A DNA stretch of 64,000 nt from Podarcis filfolensis. Its lineage: Eukaryota. Of the stretch, positions 1 to 11,240 are shown in pieces. The notes beneath the pieces are model-generated. The model did not search any database and was not told the origin of the DNA. It saw only the letters and a program-made list of their open reading frames with translations. A program made the position numbers and the translations under genes. The stretch lies in the NCBI GenBank assembly GCA_964270895.1, contig OZ185445.1; one strand, written 5' to 3'. Positions within the stretch are counted from its first letter, which is position 1. Each line of letters starts with the position of its first letter.

Positions 1-684
1 AGTACAAAATTAAAATATGCTTTGTTTTAAACTTTCTTCATAACACAATGAATTCATATGTTTTTGTCAAGACAGATTCTCTAATGCATTTTTAATATAC
101 AGCCATCTTGCTTGTACATTGAATGATGACTTCTGAGGAGCACACACACACACACACACACATACACATGAAATGCTTTAAATCACTTGGATCACTTGCT
201 TCTACTTATTCTGATCTCCAAATAACTTTGAGATGTTCTTTGGAGAAATATTTGATAGCTCAGGACTTTAATCTTTACATTGATGACCCATCTGCTTTGG
301 GACCTTATGCACATCTCTTAGTAGGAAAAGGCTTCTCATTTTCTCAGCTCATTAATTTTTGTGTTTTCTATGACATACTTTATGTAGATTTAGCATATTG
401 CATAATAAAGCACAGTTTAGGTTAGAAATTCATAATCTTGTTCCTCCAGATAGTCTTCCCTCCCTCTGTTTTTTATTTTCTTGTTTTCTGGACTTTTAAC
501 TTACCATTTGCATCATTTAAATTCAGCCACCCATATACTAAATTTTAGATCTTCATCACTAGATTTTTTCCTTGGAATATGGTATGGTTATAATTTATTT
601 CTGCCACTTCTAGAGCAGAAATGGAGACCAGATATTCATGCTCTGCAGATTTGGCCATGTTTACATTTTCTAGGACTTTTTATT

Positions 685-1055
685 GGGACGCGGGTGGTGC
701 TGTGGTCTACACCACAGAGCCTAGGGCTTCCCAATCAGAAGGTTGATCAGAAGGTCAGTGGTTCGAATCCCCACAATGGGGTGAGCTCCTGTTGTTCAGT
801 CCCAGCTCCTAGCAGTTCAAAAGCACTTCAAAGTACAAGTAGATAAATAGGTACCACTCTGGTGGGAAGGTAAACAGCATTTCCGTGTGCTGCTCTGGTT
901 CACCAGAAGCAGCTTAGTCATGCTGGCCACATGACCCAGAAGCTGTCTGTGGACAAACGCCGGCTCCCTCAGCCAGTAAAGCAGAGATGAGTGCCGCAAC
1001 CCAGAGTCGTCCGTGACTGGACCTAACGGTCAGGGGTCCCTTTACCTTTACCTTT
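685..1055 (+). mobile_element. Sauria SINE (Squam1), near full length
   Basis: tRNA-like head GGGACGCGGGTGGTGCTGTGG...GGTTCGAATCC, typical body, 3' end GACTGGACCTAACGGTCAGGGGTCCCTTTACCTTTACC; six further copies in the window. Confidence 0.93.
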
Positions 1056-1184
1056 TATACTTTCTAAACACTCTGGATTCCTGGGCTAGGATTCTTTGGT
1101 TCTTCACACAGCACAAAGTTAAACAAGATGTATTTATGGCCACCAATTTGGATGGCTTTAAAATAATATTTAGACCAATTCGTA

Positions 1185-1398
1185 GAGGATAGGTTATCAG
1201 TGGCTTCCAGCTATGATGGTTATGTTTTCCATCCACTGTTGGAGGCCTCCAGTTGCTGAGAATCACAAGTGGGAAAACTGCTGTTGTGCTCAAGTTCTGC
1301 TTCTGAGGCATGTAGGCATCTGGTAGCTATCACTGTGAGAAAAGGATGCTGGACTACATGGGCCTTTGGCCTAATCCATAAGGACTCTTTTGTTATTA
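1185..1398 (+). mobile_element. CR1 LINE 3' UTR fragment, degenerate
   Basis: CCAGTTGCTG...GGCATCTGGT...CACTGTGAGAAAAGGATGCTGGACTACATGGGCC...TAATCCA matches the squamate CR1 3' UTR pattern also seen at 3240-3560. Confidence 0.75.
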
Positions 1399-1605
1399 CT
1401 CCCCCAGAAGTATTAATTTTATGGAAACAACCCATAGATTCAACATACTTCCCCCCCCCAAAAAAAAATGATCCAGGTTGTTTCAAGGGGGAGGGGGAAT
1501 TGTCAGCATAATAATGCTAAAATATGCCTTGCCTCTACACAAGTGTCATTTTGTTTTATTCTGTTAACTCCTCAAGACCATAGTTAAAGTTGAATGGAAC
1601 TCTGA

Positions 1606-1639
1606 ATGGAAACTAGAAATCATGATGGATTCTTCCCAG
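1606..1639 (+). CDS. Candidate first coding part (METRNHDGFFP) of exon 1577-1639 of an unidentified small spliced ORF
   Basis: Pyrimidine-rich acceptor ...TTTTATTCTGTTAACTCCTCAAG| before 1577; strong donor CAG|GTAAGC at 1640; ATG at 1606 gives a phase-1 end matching the exon at 8308. The Kozak context is weak. Confidence 0.35.
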
Positions 1640-1980
1640 GTAAGCAACACCCTTTGCTATTTTCCATTTTAAATAACAAAACAAAATCCTATTCTACTCC
1701 CTCATTATTGGGTCTTTAAACATGTGTGTGTCTCTTAGCATCCCTTCTCTTGTAGACAGCTAAGTGGAAACCAATGAATATTTATAGGAGAATCCTATTC
1801 ACCACTCCTTTGCAATCCTTCAGCGGCTCTCTTCATTACCAAAAGGATCTTAAGAGCAGGAGGGAAAGGGAACCAAGACACATGCAGCAGAGTACACATA
1901 CATGGAACCTAATTTTTATTTATTTTCACATGTCTCTGGAGATTGTTTTGGTTGAAGAATGAGTAAGAATGCTTTAACTA

Positions 1981-2041
1981 AAAATAACATAACATAACAT
2001 AACAACATAACATAACATAACATAACATAACATAACATAAC
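1981..2041 (+). repeat. (AACAT)n pentanucleotide microsatellite
   Basis: Direct reading of tandem AACAT units. Confidence 0.95.
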
Positions 2042-2944
2042 GGGCATGTTATTTATCTCAAATTTTACCACTGAAATATAGAAACAAGTGTGATGTTACA
2101 TGAGATCTGTTCATTACCTGCTTTGAAATGCAAATTTTGTTTTATACATAGTGCACATAAATGACATATAACCCCCCCCCACTCTGTTGCTGCCTGACTC
2201 ACTAGTGTAAAGTGGCATTCTGTCGCTGTCACATGTATTTTTCACTTTTCCAAGAGCAAAGATGGCACCATTTTAACTTACTAAGATGTATTAAGGTATT
2301 AATAATGTCACAGAGAAATCATAACACCATTTACATAAATTTTCTGAACTTAATGGCTCCTTTGATTCAGCATTCTAGTTTTGCAAAAAAAGAAATCTAC
2401 AAAACTATTTCTTGTTTTCCCCCTTCTTAGACTTTTTTTAAAAAAAGATCTAGACACAAACCTTTCTGGTAATAGAAATTTATGAAAGTAAAATTAATCA
2501 CAGCTGAATTTTGCTCTATCTTTACTTTACTTTGTATCTTAGATTAAGTCTGACAAGGCAGTCAGAAATCATTAGTGATAGCAATGACGACTTTGATTCA
2601 TTTGTTCAAGCAATAATATTTCTGATTTATCTACTTTCCTGGGCTGAAAAATTCACACCTTAAATGTCAATATAATGTCAGTACTTGCGAAGTGTTCTTC
2701 TCTCCCTTTTTGGATGGGGAGAGGACAGGAGCCTCCTTTCTTGCTTGGATAGGAAAGCTTTGGTTGGAGCCTACCAGAAGTGTTGATGCATGCAGGCTGC
2801 CCACTTCTGCCTTGGAGCCTTACTTAAAAGAGCAGTGACAGTATACATGGAAAGAGAAGGAATGTTGGGTGTCCTCTTCAACACTTACTGGTTTACGGGC
2901 TTCTTCTGCTGCCCTCTAAGGCCTTAACAATCTCTTCACTCACC

Positions 2945-3062
2945 TGATGCCCTCTAGATGCTTCGGAGTACAACTCCTATCATCCTCAACCACTGGTCAT
3001 GCTTGTTGGACTATTGGTAGTCATAGTTCAGCAACATCTGGAGGGTACCACGTTGGCAACCT
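2945..3062. mobile_element. Short palindromic non-autonomous DNA transposon (hAT-like MITE), degenerate
   Basis: CCTCTAGATG...TACAACTCCTATCATCC...CATAGTTCAGCAACATCTGGAGG; same family as 18014-18145. Confidence 0.7.
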
Positions 3063-3239
3063 CCTCCTTGTTTACCTGATTAAGGGTGACCCTCACTCTC
3101 TCCTGGATCAGAAGCAGTGCATAGCCTGCTTCTACTCTGCACAGCTGCCAATTTTCATTGCAGATCTCCTTTGCTACTATTAGCTATGGCTCTGGTGAAA
3201 TCTGTAGAAGTGTTTCACCTCTTTTTTGGGGGGTGCAGG

Positions 3240-3560
3240 CCCAATTTTTATGCACAGCACATGGCTAAACTCTTGAATTCACTCCCACAAGATGTAGCAA
3301 AAGCCATCAACTTGGTTGGCTTTAAAAGAGGTGCAGACAAAATCATGGAGGACAAGGCCGCATTCTGACTCTACTGTTGGAGGCAGTGTGCCTCTGAATA
3401 CCAGTTGCTGACAATTTCAAGTGGGGAAAGTGTTGTTGTGTTCATGTTGTGCTTGCAGGCTGCTCCTAGGCATCTGGTTGGCCACTGAAAAGAGAGTCTT
3501 GAACTAGCTGGATCTTGGGCTTGATCCAGCTAGCTGGACCTTTGTCCTGATCCAACAGAG
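3240..3560 (+). mobile_element. CR1 LINE 3' end (ORF2 C-terminus plus 3' UTR)
   Basis: Translation KLLNSLPQDVAKAINLVGFKRGADKIMEDKA resembles the CR1 ORF2 end (WNSLP..V......GFK..LD..M), followed by GAGGCAGTGTGCCTCTGAATACCAGTTGCTG. Confidence 0.88.
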
Positions 3561-5068
3561 CTCTATGCAGATAGTGAGTCCATGGTAGAAACTCTGTAGG
3601 AGCCAAATATTGGTGCACTATTGACCAATAACAGAGAGTATGGGGTCCCTCTTATACCAGCTCACTCTCAAAGCCTTATATCAAATGTAAATTTCACTGA
3701 AGTCAAGAGGGGATTTTGTAAATAAACTCTATGAAAGTTGAAGCTATGCTACTGTATTAAGCACAGAAGCACTGTGGTGAATAATACAGCGTATAGCCAA
3801 TCATCTTATTAAGCTTATTTCTTGGAATATTGTACATAAGTAAAAGAATGTCAGTTCTTTGTGCTCTCCTAGCTTTGCAAGTATTCTGTTACACCATTCC
3901 AAACTTTACAGTGAGCGAGCCAAGACTAATCAGCTGTACATCACATCTTTATCTTGTGACAGTTATGGCAAGTATGCATCAGATTACATTCCATATCACA
4001 CTTCTGCTCCATTAATTGACTGCCTTCCTTTGTTTCTGCTGACCATAACAGTCTCCCGAGAATCACTGAAATGACTGAATAGTCTGATCAGGAAATTTGA
4101 GCAGGTTTTTTTTAAAAAAAACACACACTGTAAAACCAAAAGCCACAGTTCCATCAATCAAAAAGGAGATAAAATACTGAACCAAACGAGCTTATCAGAC
4201 TAAGAAGCATTACTGGAATCTTCCATTGTGTAATTGCATTATGTGCCGGACAGATATTCAGTTCAAGGCTTATGATGGCTAATTTGTGGAAGCAGAAATA
4301 TTTTTCTGAAGCCAACATCAATCTCTCCTCTTTTCGAAAGCTGCTAATATGAAGACATGGGTGATGTCTGTAAGCCTGAGACTAATAACAGGCACTTCAT
4401 ATAAGCTGCAAAGATATGGAGAAAAAGGAAGAAATCAATTATTAAAGTGAAGTAGGAAAATTGTTTGCTCTTTCATTTGTTGTCAACTATGACTGTGGGT
4501 CATAGGAGTTTTATGTTAGGGTATATTTTCTGGGGGTACACACACATCCTATGTGGTACAATTGAATTCATTTACTCATTGACACATAACTTGTATATAC
4601 ATTGTCAGTAATGTTGCAGCTTCATTGTGATCATACATATGCTCACTTTTGCATTTTAGACATAATAATCCAAGGGGGGGAAGTCATTCATTTTGCTTGC
4701 ATGTGAATAGGGTTGGTCGTGGAAGACTGTATAGGAGATGTTGGCAGACTGGCTACTAGCTTATGGTCTTGGGAGACAACTCTACCCTAATATAATCTAT
4801 GCAATTTTAAACATGGCTTCAGTTTGGTTCACTTTTCAAGGCAAGCTGCCTGAGGCCTGATGAGGGACAAAGTAGCCTGAAGAGTTAAGCTGGTCACCTC
4901 AGTGTAGATGATATCACCTGTCAAATGCTCAGGTTGTGACCTTTTTGCAATCCATTCAATACAGTGGAAAATCATTTTAATACTGTGGCCTTCAGAAGAG
5001 GAGCCTATGGTACAAACAGCTGATTGTAGAGATACCACTTATCTCTACAAAAGCAGTTTGCTTCTGTA

Positions 5069-5310
5069 CAGTGGTACCTCAGGTTAAGTACTTAATTCGT
5101 TCCGGAGGCCCGTACTTAACCTGAAACTGTTCTTAACCTGAAGCACCACTTTAGCTAATGGGGCCTCCTGCTGCTGCTGCACCGCCAGAGCACAATTTCT
5201 GTTCTCAACCTGAAGCAAAGTGCTTAACCTGAAACACTATTTCTGGGTTAGCAGGGTCTGTAACCTGAAGTGTATGTAACCTGAAGCGTATGTAACCCGA
5301 GGTACTACTG
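5069..5310. mobile_element. Tc1/mariner-superfamily (Tigger-like) MITE
   Basis: TIRs CAGTGGTACCTC ... GAGGTACTACTG flanked by TA on both sides; internal TAACCTGAAG repeats. Confidence 0.92.
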
Positions 5311-5329
5311 TATAGCAATTTATGAGAAG

Positions 5330-5430
5330 AACACTATTGCACTTGTGTCTTCCCTGCAGGCTTCCCATAGACATCTGATTGGCCACTGTGAGAAATGGAT
5401 GCTGTGCTGGATGGGACTTTTGGTTCTTAA
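5330..5430 (+). mobile_element. CR1 3' UTR fragment
   Basis: CTTCCCATAGACATCTGATTGGCCACTGTGAGAAATGGATGCTG. Confidence 0.7.
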
Positions 5431-6003
5431 AGACTAATAACAACAAACAACAACAACAACAACACATGTGTGAAGAAAATCTTTGCCCACTTTCTGTGCT
5501 TAAGGGAATTCCACCAGTAACTTCTGCTTTTCTAAAGGTCTGCTGAAATCATTTAGGATTGCCATTAGCTATCAAGCGGGAGAACAAGAAAAAGCTGGGC
5601 AATAATACAGGTTTGACAGCTGATTCAGCCTTGAAGCAGAAATTGCTTGCGATCAGTTCTGGTCATTAACTTGATGACATTCCTAATGCAAGGAATGCAA
5701 AGATGACATCCAGCCACACCAAACTGCCATCTGAAATATAGAGGTCATGCAGAGGTACTGTAGAGCAGGGGCACATGTAAATGGCATGGGGAAAGCCAAG
5801 ACATAAAAAAAAAAGTATCGCCACAGCTTTATTTGCTAGGAGGAAAGTTTTCTGCTGGAGAATTATTTTGCTGTTCACAAAGAAATACATGCAATACACA
5901 CACACACACACATATGCACACACACAACACTTCGCAGTTTGTAGAATATGAAGACAGACCTACCTTTTGTTCATTTGGGTGGTGGGTAGACAAATATGGG
6001 CAG

Positions 6004-6057
6004 TGTTTGCCCATTGTGCTTGTACATCACAGGATGTACAAGTACAATGGGCAAACA
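6004..6057. other. 25-bp inverted repeat (hairpin) with 4-nt loop
   Basis: TGTTTGCCCATTGTGCTTGTACATC-ACAG-GATGTACAAGTACAATGGGCAAACA; one G.T wobble, otherwise perfect. Confidence 0.92.
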
Positions 6058-6194
6058 TCACAGGATGTACATGCAACACAGAAGATAGAAATGATTGACT
6101 GGTGGCTAGATGTGCAAGGCACCTTCATTATGTAGTCTTAGTTGGATGCTGCAGGCTGCAGGCACAGCTCTTTAACCTGTTCTTTGGCACCTGA

Positions 6195-6195
<1 letters not shown>

Positions 6196-6233
<38 letters not shown>
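6196..6233 (+). repeat. (CA)n microsatellite
   Basis: Direct reading. Confidence 0.95.
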
Positions 6234-6236
<3 letters not shown>

Positions 6237-6899
6237 TCCTTTGATTTTAATCTGTTTTAACTGCTTTTAATATTGCATATTTAACCTGTTCTGTGATCTC
6301 ATGAAGGGTGGATAGGAAATAACAATAAGAACAACAATGAGGGACACCACTATCTTCCCACGCTGTGCTTCAGGGCTCAAAACACAGTGCAGGCACTGAG
6401 TGACTACAACTTCCCCTCCTATACTGTGTCATGAGCCACTGCATACTACTGAACATAGGAAGAGTTACCTGAAGGCCCTGTTTTCTGGTGTTTCCTTGCT
6501 TCCTCTGTGGCTGCAAAGAATCCCATAATGAAGTACAGCTGGGCATTTTCCCACCTCTCTGAGAACTTAAGTGCATATGTGGATCAGTGCAAAACATTCA
6601 TAGAGCCATAGAATTGTGGAGTTGGAAGGGATCAAAAGGGTGATCTAGTCCAATCCCCTCCAACACAGGAAGCCTTCTCCCAATGTGAGGCTCAAATCCA
6701 CATCCCAGAGATTAAAAGTCTAATGCTCTAATATCACTGCTAATACTTGGGTGTGCATGTCATGAGGGATGCTGGAGAATTCAGAAATGGGAGAGGAAAT
6801 TGCCCCTCTTTGCTTATTTCATAGAAATGTAGAGTTGGAAGTCTATTAAAAAAGTTGTTATGGCTGTCTCTCTCTGGGGAAGGGCTATATCTAGCTACA

Positions 6900-7068
6900 G
6901 GGAAGGGATGTAGCTAGTGGTAGAGCATCTGCTTTGCATGCAGAAGGTCTTAGGTTCATTCCACCAGCACCTCAGGTTAGGGTTGGAGAGCCACTTTCAG
7001 TCAGTCTTAAACCATACTGGGCTGAATAGACTAATGATCTGATTCAATATAAGGCACCTTCCTATGTT
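6900..7068 (+). mobile_element. tRNA-derived SINE (Squam2-like), degenerate
   Basis: Head GGGATGTAGCTAGTGGTAGAGCATCTGCTTTGCATGCAGAAGGTC...GGTTCA; tail TCTGATTCAATATAAGGCACCTTCCTATGTT. Confidence 0.8.
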
Positions 7069-7585
7069 GTTCACATTATTAAGGCAAAGAAGTAAACTGT
7101 GGTTTTAAACATTTAAATCTAATGCTTAGCACACACAGAAAAACAGCTAAATGATTCTATTTCCCCCCCTACGTCTTGAGCGTGTGTTTCCTTTTTTCAA
7201 TTCTCCTCAGACTTATCTAACAAGTTGTTTGAAAGGCAGTGATTAGCACTTAATCTCCTTAGGTTAAAGGAGCAGTGTTAGGGGAGGGTATTGTTTTTGT
7301 TTGTTGCCACATCATATAATATATATATATATATTGTAAACTGCCCTGCAGATGAAGAACAGTATAGAAATTTTAATAATGATAATATTTTCACTGGGGC
7401 TCAGTAGCTCTCACATGTGACCCAGATTTGTCCCCTGCGTCCTTCCCAGTTCAGAAAGGCACCAGTCAAGTAATGGAAGCATTTGTGTACTTATCTGATA
7501 TAAATTATGCCACACTTGAATTCAATGGTTACCATGGATTCAGGTTTTGCCCTCATCCATAAGATGCTGGCTTTTGTAGATTCTG

Positions 7586-7742
7586 AGTGCTATTTTTCTA
7601 GAAGAAGAGATGCCAGAACTCACCATTAATGCCTTCCTTGTTGTCTTATAATGGCAATGGCACCTACCTGAGAGGTGCCGGAACTGAGTTCTGGCAAGTT
7701 CTGGCTGAAAAAGGAAAAAGAAAAAGAAAAAGAAAGCCCTGG
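7586..7742. mobile_element. Short non-autonomous DNA transposon (hAT-like)
   Basis: Ends AGTGCTATTTTTCTAG... and ...AAAGAAAGCCCTG; internal GCCAGAACTCA/GCCGGAACTGAG repeats; termini related to 30807 and 39596. Confidence 0.6.
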
Positions 7743-8307
7743 GAAGAACTATGTTGGCTGATTCATTCTAAGAAGTTGTGGGTTTCATTTCTATAACTGC
7801 TAAGCAAGTTGAATTTTCCATCAGTTTTGTGGATATGTCAATGATGCACAAAGTGACCATGGCTGGATGTAGATACATCAAAGAAGAGTTTCAGTGTAAA
7901 GTGTTGTAAATTTAAACAGGGAAAACAGGTAGAGAAAAATGGGACTCCACATCACCATCTGGTAGCACAATGCTATATAGCACATACAATGCATATAAAG
8001 TGCTTTTTCTTTAACAGTCTAACTGACTCCCATGATAAGTCCGGAAAACCTTTGTTTTCAAAGGCTGGAAAGCCAACCTCATATTTATCTGAGAGAAAAT
8101 AAGTGTATGGAACGTTATAAGGTCATGAGATACTGAACATTTGTTTAAATAAACCCAGAATACCACTATGCTGCTGTCAGAAACCAAAATAAAATTACCA
8201 GCTATAAGAGTTTATGGGACACAGGACTGACAATAATGTGTGATCCTCTGTGATACAGCCGTATTGAAGGAGACGGGTAATCATAATTTAACATCTCCTC
8301 TTCTCAG

Positions 8308-8392
8308 AATGCCTTGATATAATTAAAGATGCTGTCAGTGACATTGAATGGGGGCAAATGCCAGGTTTAACTGAAGAAGAAAGGACTATAAG
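8308..8392 (+). CDS. Candidate internal coding exon (E)CLDIIKDAVSDIEWGQMPGLTEEERTI(R), product unidentified
   Basis: Acceptor ACATCTCCTCTTCTCAG|; only the phase-1 frame is open over 85 nt; protein-like composition. The donor AAG|GTCTGT is weak. Confidence 0.45.
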
Positions 8393-8739
8393 GTCTGTTC
8401 CTTTTAAAAGGGTTGGTGAAAGTAGAAAAACAAATGCTCACCAAGACAAAAGGGACAACATTAGGATGATTGTTTTATATATTTTAAAGCAGGGTCAGAA
8501 CTGCAGGTCCATGAGCTTTAATTTGCCCACCAAGCCTTGCTCAATCATCCTCCAGTCACCTAATTTACCGTACCACCATCAGCAGCAAAGGCAGTATTAT
8601 GAGAAAACCCACAGAGCACATACTGTATATAGTGCTTTTTGTGTGTGGTGGCACTCACTGGTACGGAGTACCACCACTTGTTTCTTTACCGCCTATGGAA
8701 GCCATTTTGTGCTGGCATATATGACATCTTAATCAGGAT

Positions 8740-9095
8740 ATGGATACTAACACTTAATTTATTTCATTTTATTCCCAATGTAGATTTACAAAGCAATTCT
8801 ATGTGTGGTTGCTTTTGGCTGGCCAGTTTCTTGAGATCATTGCCAAGGTAGTTAGTTTTTGTGTGGCAGCAATAGCTTGCAGGCGCAGGATCTTGTCTTA
8901 ATTTTAGAATTATTAACACCATACCTTGTTACCTTGTTTTGTCCCCCCATTTTAATATAATTATTTTATATTTCTCATTGTTTTTTAATATCTTACATTG
9001 TGTTTAATCTCCACATATACTTGATGTATTTTATTGTGTTTTATGTGTTTTGTTTTCTTCTTATCTTCTCTACTGGTCATTGACCGAAAATTTTA
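8740..9095 (+). mobile_element. 3' end of a non-LTR retrotransposon (RTE-X-like, clade uncertain)
   Basis: Translation QFYVWLLLAGQFLEIIAKVVSFCVAAIACRRRILS* resembles squamate LINE C-termini, followed by an AT-rich 3' UTR ending CTGGTCATTGACCG. Confidence 0.55.
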
Positions 9096-9109
9096 TACAC
9101 ACACACACA

Positions 9110-9146
9110 CAGTGGTACCTCGGTTTACGAACTTAATCCATTCCTG
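9110..9146. mobile_element. Terminal fragment of the Tigger-like MITE
   Basis: CAGTGGTACCTCGGTTTACGAACTTAAT. Confidence 0.7.
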
Positions 9147-11084
9147 TGTACTTAATAATTTAATAATGAGTACAATTTCATAGGATTGTGATCTGTGGAT
9201 CAAACAAAAAGTCAGACACCAAGAACTGGGCTGAACTATAGGTCAAGGGGAAGCCTTGGGGTAGAACGTAATGAGTTGAAGAAGAAGTTCCCAGCAGGAA
9301 AGAGTCAGAACCCAAATACTGAGTATTCCTGCCACTTCATGAGAGGGAGAAGGGGAGGGGTGAGGCACGAGGAGCTCAGCATTGAACTGATCCAATGTCC
9401 CTACTGTCACATCCACAACTCACCCACACCTTGCTGAGCTCTCTGGACCTCATACCTTTCCATCACAACAGCCAACAGTGATGCTCTTCCCTACCTAGGC
9501 CATTGCATCAACCACTACTGCATTCCAGAGAACATTTCCAAATTTTCCTGACTGGTAACAGCACAGGTCAACAGTGCCTACTTTGGTCTCTTAAAAAACA
9601 ACACCCCATCATCATTAAAGATGCAATTTTAAATATGTATATGCATATTCTTTCTGCTTTTATAATCTTTGGGCAGCATATTACATTCCTGAAAGCTTTT
9701 GGTCATATTCTTTGTGTAAACCTTAATAATATTTAATATGAACATTCATCTGTGGTGGGATAAAATTGTTTGCTTGGATCTAGCCAAAGCTACAAGAAGT
9801 GAATGCTGCATTGTTGCTGGTTGGTTTGATCCAATGTAGAAACGATGTACACACACACACACACATATATATACACCAGTTTTTAGTAGACTTTCAGACC
9901 CTCCTTTCATCTACAGCATTCGTTGTAGGAAAGAGCTAACACTGAGTCAGTAGGCATTGTCAAGATTTCCAGAACATTGCATTTATAAAGCTGAATTAGG
10001 TTGCAGCTATCCTCCTCCCCCCCTCTCATTTCTTTGGTGTGTGTGGGATTATCCCAATTATAAACATGCTGATTAAAATGAACCTCTTCCCCCTCTGCAA
10101 AATCATTATGTTGGTTTTAGTATTATTGACTCTGCTGGATGGGTGGACAGGGGTAGAGACACTCAGCCAGCTGTACATTTGGAATTTACTTAACAACATT
10201 CCATGTCCGCTAAAAGCATTGCATGATATGGTAGTTAGCAACGAGACATAATGTTCATGCTGGTATAAAGCTGATATTCATTCTATTTCTGTACTAACTC
10301 TTTCATCTTGGCAGGAATGGGTTTTTTTTTTTTTGTTATTCAGATATGGTAGGATTGCACTAACAAGACATATTTTCATAATGATAAGGCTACATAGAGA
10401 AATGCCTTGCCAATGATAAGCTTTCTATTGTGGAGCAACCAGTTTTCTGTATGTGAACTGTTAGCTATAATGTTGAAATGCAGGATGTACTGAATAGGCA
10501 TTATTGTGTTAATTTCTCAGCTAAATGTGCTGTCCCATGGGTAGGGGTTAATGACTGGAGTTATTAATTAATGTGGCCTGTTAAAAATGTAATAGCCTGG
10601 CTCGAGGGTATTTTTATATAGTCTTTCTATGTGGACATCTATTGATTTATACTAGATTTGCGTTGATGGCTTTCAATGGCCCTTCATTTTTGTGACTCTG
10701 CTTTAATGGTTTATTAAATTAGAGTGTCATTTAACTGACTCCATACTCCTTGTTAATCTGCCTAACTAGATTAGCCTCTGGAGGAGGACATTGGTGTTGA
10801 TGTTTTTCTTCCTTCAGAGTTATGTGCATAATTTACTTTGTTTTAAAACCTGGACAAAGGTTCAATTCATTTTATTTATTTCCTTAGTTTTAGGAGGGTT
10901 TTTTTTGGGGGGGGGGTTGTATTCTTGAAATAAGGGAGAGTTCTGCATAGTGTAGAATCTTGCCTAGTGAACAGGTTAAGCTAGGAATGTACCCTGCAAA
11001 GTTTAGAGGCTAAAATTATATCCCCTCTTAAGCACTGATGTACTCAGGCTTCAATGTACCCCCAACCCCAGAGGTCTGGGACTG

Positions 11085-11180
11085 GAAGACCAAGGGAAAG
11101 ACTGAACTGTGATTTCTGCATTGATGGGGGTTGGACTAGATGACTCTTGTGGTCCCTACCAGTACTACAAATCTATGAAG
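11085..11180 (+). mobile_element. CR1 extreme 3' end
   Basis: GGGGGTTGGACTAGATGACTCTTGTGGTCCCT...CTACAAATCTATGA. Confidence 0.7.
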
Positions 11181-11193
11181 CTTTAAATACAAG

Positions 11194-11240
<47 letters not shown>

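Noticed and set aside
5220-5300. CRISPR-like or other spaced repeat array (TAACCTGAAG units)
   Set aside because: These are short subterminal repeats of the Tigger-like MITE, repeated in every copy, in a vertebrate context.
6900-6975. Bona fide tRNA gene
   Set aside because: The tRNA-like head runs directly into a SINE body, the acceptor stem and B box are degraded, and related copies occur at 36600 and 40760.
9499-9554. Alternative 56-nt exon (PLHQPLLHSREHFQIFLT) with the same phases as candidate exon 3
   Set aside because: Weaker donor (GTAACA) and no real nucleotide similarity to 14576-14631; probably chance.
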